Assembly (NCBI GenBank): GCA_043823745.1
Contig: JBDRAN010000035.1
Location: 13,795-77,794, forward strand
Direction: 5' to 3'
DNA length: 64,000 nucleotides
Source of the DNA: Candidatus Omnitrophota bacterium
Lineage (GTDB): Bacteria > Omnitrophota > Gorgyraeia > Duberdicusellales > 4484-171
The translations under genes were made by a program, and so were the position numbers. Under the pieces are notes generated by a model. The model ran no database searches. It was not told the origin of the DNA and saw only the letters and a program-made list of their open reading frames with translations. Below, one piece after another: positions 44,101-56,100 of this stretch. Positions within the stretch are counted from its first letter, which is position 1. Each line of letters opens with the position of its first letter.

Positions 44101-47100
44101 TCCGTCAGAGAAAGCTTTCTGCCGCGCCTAGCAGACTCTGATCTAACCAATAGCTTTATAAAGTCCCTTCTGTCCCATCTGCGGTCTCCCTCGGCAATTA
44201 TACTCGTTCGTTCTATATCTTCCACATCATCTAACTCTAACGACACTCTGCACCGTCGAATAACAAGCTCTGGTTTGCTCTGTGGCGCCGACGAGCTAGC
44301 TGAAGAAGCCCGACCACAAGCCGCATTCACACGAGCTGCCGACGGCGTTATAGTCGCCTGAGCCAATATCTGGCTGGCCCAACTTGTAAAATCATCGTCT
44401 ATTTTTAGATCCTGAGCCGGTATGCCGCTCGGCGCAAAGGCATCACGGAGAGAATAACCCGGGCTCTCTTTAACAAAGATTATCCCAAGCATCGTTCTTA
44501 ATACTGCTGACATATAAATATCACTTTCAAACAAATCCGTCATCACCCTGGCATTATCAATACTGTTGTCGGGCTTAACCAAATAACCAAAATACTTTAG
44601 ATATCTTTGATAATCAGCATTTTGAGACTCTTTATCAACTCTACGGCAATACGCCTTAAAATCACTTATTTGTGACATCAAATAAAGTATTTGCACGGTA
44701 CTGGCTTCAATTTCAGCGGCCCACAGGGAAAACACCGTTCGTTTTAATTTATTTCGGTATTCACCGTCCAATGCGCCGTATGAAAAGCAGTAAGTCAATG
44801 GGTTGTCGTGCCGCATAATCTCTTCATTGAGTTGGCGATACTGCTCGAACAAACCCCGCTGACGCCGCAACAGATGTGTCGCTTCATGAAGCAAAACAGC
44901 CTCAAGGTCGATATCAGTAAATTCAGAAACTGTTTTACGATTTACCTTTAAAAATATATTCTTGAGAGTAAACGGTCCTGGTTTGACGGCAATGGCCAAA
45001 TAGCCTTTTACTGCCGGCTCGAGCTGAAGTGTTGGTATTACCTTACATACTTGACCCAGCTCTAACAGCTCTTGCTGTGAAAAGTGGTTTAATCTTTTGA
45101 GTGCGTCCATGTTAGCAACTAAACGCCCAGATGCAGCAGCTATCTCTTCTTTAATAACAGTAAGAGATTTGGATGCCGGCGAGCTACTGTGAGGCTGCCC
45201 TTTTGCAGGACTTGGCGCAGACGTTTCATCTGCAAGATAGGGTTGTATCATGCCTTCAGGCAAAAAGGTAGCAACTGAAGAGCTGGTATCTTCTTGGGGC
45301 ATATCCCCGGAAACATGTTTCTTTAAAAACCTGCACACTAACGCAAGTCCTTTATTATTAATGCGATATACAGCTGTTTTTCCGCGGCGCAGAGTCGTCA
45401 AGTAGCCCCGCGTACGAGCTGAGTTAATAAGGCTTTGTACGTTCCAATTCTTACCATAAAATACGGATGCTTGCGCGATATCGTTCCATGTGCATCCTTC
45501 CTGCAACGTTGGCTCGGTCGCCACGCTGAAGAGTAAAATATGATACCCACAAAGACCTGTTTCAACAGGATAATTTTGAGCGCTATAATATTTCCAAATT
45601 CTTCCTAAATCATTACCAAACGCTTCCAGCACTATTGTATCTATGGCGTGTTTAAGTGCCTTGTTTGTTCTTGCTGGAGCCGTTAATGATCGTTTCATTT
45701 TTTTATTGTCTGCCAGTGAGCTGGCCATCTTCGGGTCGTGATTCGTGAGTCGTGAGTCTTGAGTGATAGAATACTCATGTTCACTTGTGACTGGTGACTT
45801 GTGACTGGTGACTTGCTTTGCTGGTGAGCTGGCCCCTCTCTCTAAATGCTTGTTTTCTCCCAAACCGCAGCAGAGACTCAAGATAGCTTCCGCATCTATA
45901 TACGGCTGGATCATGAAAAGTACGGCCCCGACACAACCGGTTTTTTCACCCCACTCCACGCGCAGCGCTCCCCGATCATTAAACTGAGCCTTTTCTCCAG
46001 CAACCTTTATTTTCCTAACCCCCATATCTTTCATTTCGTAGATTACTTTCTTCCAGACCAGCTTAACATCTCTTAATCCAAGCACCGGTACTATCGCATG
46101 TTCGGGTAGAATAGGAACAGGACGACTATCGGTTCTTGCCGGGATTAATACTACTATTGCTTCGGTTTTAATTCTGCTCGGAATCTTTGACAACTCTGGC
46201 CCTCGTCCTTCACAATCAGCCAATACAAATACTACTCCTTTAGCCGACTTTAAAAACTCTACCATGTTATGAAAGTATGAGCTTGCGTTGTGAGCAAGTC
46301 CGCAGGGTACAAAAATAGTTTTCCCTCTCTTTTCATGGTGCCACCGCCCAACATAACCTCCCAATATATGTACTAATAAGGTGACCTCACCACCATTGCT
46401 CCTGATTGCTTCTTTAACCGTTTTTGAACAGCGACCTAAAGCATCGTCGTAGCGAATCACTCTTTTATAAATCTCCTCTTTTTCTCCGACCCTAGGTGAA
46501 TTCTGCTTGGCCTCTCCATAATACAAATTATTCCAAAGCGTAACCAACCCCCAGTTATATTGGGGTTGATCATCCGCCCTCGGCGAGCTGGCCCGTTCTT
46601 CGATCCTCGATTCTGGATGCTCGATGCTCGATAGGAGGGTAGGCATGGCTTTTATCCCCGCTGCGCACTCGGGCATGCGAAAAGTTACAAAATCCACAAT
46701 ATCTTTTTCAAGAGTTTCCCTGTCACCGATCCACCTCAATGATGCTAACCTTTCCAGGTACTTCCAGTAACTTCTTGAGTCGAACTGGCTGAGATGATTC
46801 ACCCTCCCTGAACGGAAGAATCTTCGTAATTCCGGCAATAAGTCATCGTTGTTTCTTACACAGCTCATATATAGAATAAGATCTCGCCCAACCTGCCGCG
46901 CTTCTTCTTTCTTCTCTTTTTCGGGTGTCCTAATTGTGTTATCATGGCCTAACTCATGGAAAAGACGCTCGGCCATAATCCAAGAAGTAGCTTTCCTATA
47001 TGAAGGGCTAGCATGACGGTCTATTAAAGTAGTAACGAAATTCCTATTAAATACGATGAATACCCTTCCTGTCGAGTCAATATGTTTTATGGAGTTAAAG

Positions 47101-50100
47101 GGAAGATTCTTAGCGACAAGGATTGGTATGGTCGTACGTTGTGGCACATTTTGCTTTAATATATTTACTAATATTTCGGCGGCTTCAGTCCCCTCAACCC
47201 TTCTTTCCAGCTCGTTTAAAGCGTCGTCAAGGAGATTCTGCAGTTTATTTCTACCGATTGTTGGCTTATTTATGCGCCGCTTTATCCTTTTCTCTCTGTC
47301 AGTTTCGAGTAAGACTGGACCGAGAATGCTGTCATATATTAACTTTTCAACCGACAGCTTTTTTATTCCAGGAGTTGTAAGCATAGCCTTGAAACCGTCC
47401 CCGGATAATAAAGCCTCCTGAGTCCCTGATCTATCGGCAGCCTCAAATAGTCGCCTTGTCCCTACAGGACTATTTATTAAACTGGCGCTTTCCAGTGCCG
47501 GCGAGCTGGCCTCGTCTTTATTGTGCGTATTGTCCCCTTCGGGGAGGCTCCGCCTGCCCTTCTGGGCGGCTCCGCGCCGTATTGCGTCAGAACCCGGTGA
47601 GCTTGCCTGAAAAGGTTCCGGGGATGAGGATTCACGCCTCTTTTGTATCAACCTGGAATATTCAGGATCGCGCGGCTTCATAAGCCTCTCGTGCCGACGC
47701 TGCATTACAGAAGAAGAAGATTGTTGTAAAACATTATCTTCCCTCTTCCCGGAAGCCAAATCGTAATCCTGCTGGCTCAGTTTCTCAAGGTGCGCCGTAA
47801 CTTTAACAATTTTTCTTGTTGAAGGTTCCCCTAAAGAGCTTGAGCTCACGTTACGTTTTGTCGGAGAAACAGTTGAACCGGAAGCACTACGAGTCGCACC
47901 GAGCACATGGCTACGTATCTTTCGTTTGACTAAAGCAAGATTCCTTGGGGTATTTTTCTCAAAATCATTCTTGGTAAAATAAAACGGCGGGTACCCGTTA
48001 TTTATCAAAAAGAAGTTCATTAAAAACCAGGCAAGTCTATGGTGCCCTTCGTTGAACGGCGGAATCCCATCCCAATAGCAAAATCCCTCTCCCGATAATA
48101 TCTCCTCATGAAACCGGAACTTATCCGTAGGATAAAGATATATTTCCCTTGCGAGTTCTACGACCCTGTCTATACCTTCTGCTTGCACCCGGGAATTAAC
48201 CATTTCAACCAGATACGGCAAAGGTTTAAATGGGTTCGATAGGGTGCGAATTCTTTTCTGGCGCGTTTCATTGAGATTAAGCTTCCTCTTCTGTTTGCCT
48301 GTCCACCCTGTGGCAACCTCTGGTTGTTCTTTTACTGTTCTCTTATCTCCCATCATCAGTTCATACAAAATAGCGATATTCCTATATGTTATCCTTTCTT
48401 GTTGCGTGACGACTCTATTAAAATAAGAAACTGCTTCAAGAAAATCATTAAGAAAATTTCCTTGCCGTCTCTCTCTAAGAGACGGTACAGATGCAAATAA
48501 CGCACGTATTCTTTCGGGATCGATTGTATGTACGACTCTCTTAATAGATGAGGAACCGGTCGTGCTTGAAGCGGTGCCCTCACCTATTATAGCCGGAGCA
48601 TTTTTATCACCAAAACCCACGTCCGCGGAAAATTTATATCCCAATGCCTTGGCCCGCTCGACTACCGAGCCCATACCAATACCGATAACGACTGATGAGC
48701 TTGCTGCCTGACCAGGAACGCTTGCCGTTGGCTCTGAGATAAGTTTTTCGATGAGCTCTTCGTGCTTTCTGATAATAGGCTCATGAGCAAAGCGCTCCAT
48801 GACAAACGGCCGCGCGGCGCGGCCCATGGCTCGGGCTCGCGCGGGGTTATCCAGAAGAAACCGTAACGCACGGGTAAGCGAATTAATATCAACGCGGCTA
48901 TGGAACTTATTCGTGCATTCGATAACATCAACGAGTATGCCGGTTTTACCAGGGATAAATACTTCGAGATTCCCGCCCCGATTCGTGGTAACGATCGGTT
49001 TTCCCATAGCATGAGCTTCAAGAATAACTCCGGAAATACCTTCGTTAAAGACCGTAGGGAATGCTACGATTGACGCTGCATCAATGTGATCTCTCATTTC
49101 CTCTCTGCTATGAACCGGGTTGAGTATCTTTACCACATCGTGCAAGCCATGGCGCTGCATATAGATTTGTATATTCTGCAGGTATCTTCGTTGCAGATGT
49201 TCGCCCAGAATAATCACCAAGAAACGGTAATTCATATCCTTGAGCCGGTGTGCGGCTTTAACCAGCTCGAAGATTCCTTTACTTGCCACGATACGGCTGG
49301 GAGAAAGAATAATCGGTTTTTGATCGCACCCAAGCTTTTTACGGATCACTCCAGCGCGGGCAGGATCAGAAGAAAAAATGTCCAGGTCACGAAGGCCCGG
49401 TATGTGTACGACATCACGAGCAAACTTTTTGCGTGCGTCCCGCGCACCCCGAGCCGATATGGTCACCAATTCGCTTGCTCTGCTGATCACTTCTTCGAGG
49501 TTTCGCTGACGGCTCGAGTCATCGGTAATCAATTCTCCTTCGTGCCACTGGACTAAAAGCGGTATGGCCCGCTGGGCTGCCATGCGGCTGGCTTCAACCG
49601 CTAAACTACTTTTGGGACTGTGAATACGGACCACATCGATTATCTCCCCCCTTTTCTCTCCCATCAATGCGGCAACACGGGCAAGAATATCTTTTTTAGT
49701 AGTTTCGCCGTATTGGTGGTATCGGTGATGAATAATCCGGGAGGATCCTACCTGCTCAACAAAACCGCGGTCGGATTGCTGGCGAGGGACTTCATAGAAG
49801 ACATGTGTGGTAAGATTCTTATGGCGTGATGATAAGGCGTGGTTAAGGGCCACCAGATGCAAGGCTTGACCAGTGGGACTGGCGTAATGATTGGTCATCA
49901 TCAGGATACGTTTCCCGGAAAGGCTCGATGAAAATGCTACCCTCGGCGGGCCGCGGCGACTAATTGCACCTGACAAAGCTTCTAATCGACTACGCGCACC
50001 AGGAAATGGGCGCCGCGCAAGAGATCGATGCAGAGCTACTTCTTGATATATTCTCTTTGCTCTGGGCAATGAAAGCATATATATATAGGAAAGCGGCGAC

Positions 50101-53100
50101 AGATGGAGTCTTTCGGGCGCGGCCTCAGGAATCCCGCGATGCGTATCAGGTACCGATGTCACAACGGCTGACTTGACTGAGGTTAGTGAACTGCTGCTAT
50201 TCTTTGTAGCTCTTGTTGGGCTGCGCCCCAGCGCGTCCCGTAGGGGACTGCGCCGCAATTCAGCCATTACGTCGTCAAATATACCCCTGAAGGCTGATAT
50301 AACAGGAACAATACACCGCTCTATCTCTGCTTGCGAAGGAGCTCTGTGATGGGAGAGACGACGCGCCCATCCCGAGAATTTACCTGAGAGCGTTTTTTCT
50401 ATTTCCGTAACAAAAAGGGTAGGTAAATATTCATCTAAAGCCTGCCTCAATACAATACCAACAACATCAGAGGACAGACGACGCTCAAGCTCTTGTCTAC
50501 GGGTAGCTTTAGCTTGCTGCAATTGCCTCTTATCAGCCAATTGCGCAGGCGCACTATTCGCAAGCCAAGCCTCTACTTTCCTGTCAAGGTAGTAGCCTCT
50601 AAAAAACGTGTCGCGGTCCGGCCTGGCGTAATTCTTAAGCGCCTCCATCATGAAAGCAATAATCGACTTTTCGATAAAAAATACATTGTCCGGTTTCCTG
50701 ATGTGGTGACAATTAAAGGTAGCTCCCCACCGCGCGATGAACGGTAGAATAGTTTTTATGACTTCTGACAATCTATTTTGAGTTTTCTCCTCAAACAGCC
50801 TCATCGCTCGACTATGCTGTCTATTTTTTGTAAATACAGCAAGCGCCTCTTGTTGTACGTCACTATAAAAAACCTGAATTGACCTCTCCAAAATGTTCAG
50901 GGACTCAGGGGAAAAATTTTTCCTAAGCACACCAAGTGATTCATTTACTCCAGAGCCAGCTACTCCACTTAATCGAGCCATTCGCTTGATGAGGGAACCG
51001 ATAATCTCTAATTCTTCAACAATCTCCTTGTGAGGCTTCCTCTGCGAAGCGGAACTAGAAGAATTGCAGTTAGACTTTGAATTGTGATTTTTCAAATCTA
51101 CCGATGAGCTACTGCGCGGATACCCTTTACCCATGCGCGGATGAGTTATCTGCAAGAGATTAGTATGCGCGACCCATTCGGCTCCTTGTGGTCTTTTCCC
51201 GATCGTTGTACGGCCATCCTCTGTGCTCACCCATACGGGAAATCGCACATCGGCGGCATCAGCCGACAGTTCGGCCTGGCGTGCGGAGGTGGCTTGATCT
51301 AATGCTTTGCGTTTAAAATCATCCCACCGGCCGGGGCTCCATATTTCAAGACGGTCGCCAACGCCGACAAACACTGCGATATCGGCCAGGCCAGCGAATT
51401 CCCGTAAAGCACGCGGTATATGTAATCGAGAATTCCTGTCTATCGCAGCCATGGGTATTCTGTCTTGTGGTTTTTTATCTCCGAAACAAAGATAGCCTTC
51501 ATCTCCTTTATATAGATAAAGCTTGGAAGAAGCCAAATCCTTCCGCCAGGCCGCGGGAATTAACAGCCGGCCTCGGTCGAGTGAGCGCGAATGCGTACCG
51601 ACAAAGATTCTTGAGGAAACCGATGAGCTGCCATAACGGGGTACAATACTGCTTGAAGCAATAAATTCTTCTGCCAGACCCTTAATATAGGAAGATGCTT
51701 CTTGGTCCTCGAACTCTTGAGGTGTTTCCCCAATCAGCGCATCTTGGTATCTTCGTGGATTGATTTGTAAAAACGGGATACCTTCACGAGCATGCGAAGT
51801 TACGTAATAGCGGTGAGCGGCTTGTTTACCATAAGGCACTACATAGAGACTCTCGGCTGCGGTTTTAAGCGCTGCCAATACGGTTCTTTCTTTTTCCGAA
51901 GAGGCACGAGTAGACATCGCCTCATGCAATATCCTTTGCGCGCTGTCAAGATAGAGGGCGCCGTCATCGGCAAGATCCCCAAAACGTATTGTACTCTTAC
52001 GCCTCAATAAAGCAGTCACCTCTTTAGAAGTAACAATTTCCGCCTGCTCGCCCAAATGTTTATTCATCATGAACGTAAGCGCATGCACAAGGCTATTACG
52101 CTGTTCAAATACCTTAAGCCGTTGTAGAAAATCTTGAACGTTGCCAAGCCCTGTCTGTTGAGCGAAAAAATCACCGATTAAGCCAAAAAAACCGAGTGAA
52201 GATGCGCGAGGTTGATACTGCGGGCTTGAACTGTCTGCTGCTTGCGGCGAGCTGGCCTGGTAAAGGCGTTTTGCGTCCGCGGGGCTTTGCACCTGTTGTG
52301 CCCGAAGGTTATTCAAAGGACTAGAACTCTTAAGAGAGTCCGCTATAAGTGTTTCTATAAAACCTCCCTCATTCTCTTCCGCTCCAATCATTCGCGCACG
52401 ACCGAATTGTTCATTCCTAAACGCAGATGTTGTGTCGTTAAAACCATAGTGAAGAAAACGTCTCATGCCGGCTTCTTTTGCAGCAGGAATGTACCGGTCA
52501 ACCTGATTATCAATAAACACCGGGTATTTTGGCTCGCCATACTGCTTTCTATATTTATCAAGAGCAATCTCAAATATTTTTTTCCCGTCCGATTTCACGG
52601 TTCCATGTTCACCGGTAATCACAATTAAGTCCGGATCGATAAGGCCCGGGTAACACCGATCAAATAGTTTCATCATCCACTTTCTGCCAGCCGCCTCAAA
52701 GTTCGATATAACTCCGAATCTTATTCCTCTCTCCGATTGAACTCTCAATAAATCATCGAGCCTTTCTTGAATCCATGGATTTGCGCTCATGGGGCCGAAA
52801 TAGGCCTCCTCAAACTCATCTTGAGTAACCGGCCGAACTGCACCGTAACCTAACAAATACCTACTGATAAGGTCAACCCAACGCTTAAACGTTTCTGGGT
52901 TGCGATGTAAATCATGCCGGGCAATTATCTCAGAACCTTCATCAACTTCTTCCGGCGGAATGATCAGTCGGTGTAAACCCTCTCTGAAACTCGGCTTTTT
53001 CTCCGTTTGCCACCCTTCACTATCGGTTAAACCTGAATATGTTCCTAATCTTCTGAGTGTTTCATCGAAGAAATCTTCAATCTGAGTGCCTAAAACCCGC

Positions 53101-56100
53101 CCATAGTCAAAAAATACAATGTTGGTTTGTCTACTCTGTTGCGGAGAACTGGCAGCGGCAGGATTATAAGGTATTTTAACCGCGACAAAAGGATTTTGGC
53201 CGGTGCTTTCGGAAGGCGAGCTGCCCCTTGTTCGTCGTGCGTATTGAGTATCGAGTATTGAGTTTGAATCCGACGAACTGGCGGCAGGATCGGAAAAAGG
53301 CCGCTGTCCCATTTTTTCTGTTCTGCCATTTAGCCCTAAGCCCCTGGCCGGCGACGAGGCGGAAATAATAATATTTGGCAACATTACAGTGACTGTAGTC
53401 CCCACATTTTCCGTGCTATCAATTGTTACTGTACCGGATAACCGACAAACTATAAGTCTAACCCAATTAAGCCCTACCCCGCCTCTATGACCAGGATAAA
53501 TAAAGCTTCTTTTAGCATTTTCGGCTCGATACCCGTTCATTTTCCGAACCAGTTCTAGCTCTGCTTGAGGAATACCAATACCTTGATCTCTCACTAGAAG
53601 AGTTAAATATTTACTTTTTGAACCATAATCAATATCAATTGCAATGACCGTCTCAGGATTATCTTTTTTACAGTATTTATAGGCATTTTGAAATAAGTGA
53701 TACAAAATACTTGTCACCTGTTTAAATAAAGCTTCATCTAAAATCTTATCTGCCAGGCCATCAGGAATGGAAATCATAACTCTAAACTGCTCTAAAACCC
53801 TTGCTGTTTTGATTACCTCATCCACGGTAACACTCATAGATAAAGAAACGTTTTCACCGCTTAAACCGGCTAAAATCATATTCCTTCTAGTCGGATCTTG
53901 AGGAATAAAATGCTCCACAATTACATGCGGAACAATCTGCTGCAGAGAGCGAACATCTCCTTTATAAAGCCCCACAAGTTCTCCTATACTGTAACATTTC
54001 TCACCCGGTGAGCTGGCTTGGGTTTCAATTGCTGTTTTACCACGAATATTTCTTAGGTTGTTCGAGGAATTTTTTTGGATAAACTGTCTTAAGATTGATT
54101 CCCTGGGAATTACGACATCAACGGGGGCGAGACGAACCGGTTTCAAAAGAGAAATCAACCTCCGCATAACCGTCAACATCTCCTCCTGTCTCACTTCTTT
54201 CAAGTCACTCTGCAATATACCCCAAACTTCTCTTTTGAGTATAGGCAATTCATAAGGCGCGTAGGCTTGAACGGTCACATCGGCATGTACCCACTGCGGA
54301 TAGAGGTCATCAAGCATCTGTCCGTGTTGTTTTAAAAAAATGGCAATTGTATCTTTTGGTTTTTGCTGTTCAGTGAGCCACTTGTCCAGAATCTCCCGGA
54401 GCAGGCGCGCATGAAGAGACGTAAAGGGATAGTTTCCTTTCAATTTTAAACTGGGCGCGGTATTGACAAAAACCTTAAACACAGGTACGCTTTTTGCGGA
54501 AAGCTCTTTCAGTAATCCAGGAGAGAACGCCTCGATACCTTCAACAATCAAGGTTTCATCGGCGGCAAGCCTTAAACTGCGCGGGTTGACTGAACCGTAA
54601 TAATACTGCTCGGCGCAATTTAAGTTAACCCTGGCACCGCCTAAGAGGCCGATAACGTCAGTGGGGGCATGATAATCGAGGTGCAAGACTTTGGCTTTTT
54701 CACCGTTCCTTAGGAGCTCGCGTTTCAGATTGTGGGAAAAAGCTGCTTTTCCTACGGCCAAAGGACCGGTTACCAGAACCACCCCCCGTTCGTGAAAGAA
54801 ATTCTTGGCAATCTGGACGGTAATTGAACGCAGGCCTTCCTCAGCGCGCTCCTCCACGGCCTTGATAAGCTTCTTTAACCGCCCCTCGTCAACAAAAGAA
54901 TTTAACTCTTCAAGCGTATCTGGAAAATGCAAGCTGAATTTAGCCACGTAGGGATGACGGCCGTTCTTATACCGTACTTTCAATCGGTTATCAGCGGCCA
55001 CACAGGCGTCGCTGACTTTCATCACAGCCAGGATCATTGCCGCGGCGCGCAGGTCCACATGGTAAGCTTTTGCCACTTTTATTACCTGCTCAAAAGCATT
55101 GACCATCCGCTCCTGGAGCATCTTATCCACTGCGATCAGGTGCCAATGCTCATCCTGTATATTCTGGGCCCATTCAAAATAAGATACTGTTACCCCACCG
55201 GAATTGGCTAAGATATCCGGCACAATGAGTATGCCTCGCTCAAGAAGAACCTCTTCAGCTTCGGGTGTAGTGGGGCCGTTTGCACCCTCAACTATCAAAC
55301 GGGCTTTAATCCTTTCGGCGTTGCCGGCATGAATTTGATTTTGGACTGCCGCCGGAATTAGGATATCAACCTTGGCTTCGAGAACTGCTCCGCCCGCTAC
55401 CCGGACAACATCAGGATAATCAAAATCCTTAAGCTTCCTACCTTGAGAAAGGTATGTCTCTAAAATCGCAAGGAGTCTATTGTTTATTCCTTTAGGAATA
55501 TGAATTCCTCCAGAATCATCGCTGATATAAAAAATCTTACGGCAGCCGCTTTTCTGTAAAATTTTAATCAGCTCAAAGCCAACATTGCCTGTGCCCTGAA
55601 TAGAGTAACTACATTTTCTAAAATCTTGAGGAAGTTTAAGCTTTTGAGCGTAACACCGCACAGATTCGCGGATAATAAAATAAAGCCCCTGGCCGGTTGC
55701 TTTGCCTCTTCCCTGCGAACCGCCGGCACTAAGAGGTTTACCGGTAATTACCGCCGGTTGCGGACCTTGAGCTTTAATTTTTTCATATTCAGATCTCATC
55801 CAAGCCATATATTGAGGGTCAACGCCGACATCAGGTGCCGGTATATCGCTGAATGGACCGATTGCCTCAGGATCTTTTTTGAGCAGCTGGCGCACATAAC
55901 CGCGGCAAAGTGTTTCCATTTCAGTCAGGGAAAGCGCCTGAGGATTAACGACAATGCCTCCCTTTGCCCCGCCAAAAGGAACGCCGACCACCGCTGTTTT
56001 CCAAGTCATATCCGTAGCCAAGGCCCGTATCATACCGCTGGTAACTGCCGGATGAAACCGAATTCCACCCTTACCTGCGCCCCGGGCCTTGTTATGGCAA

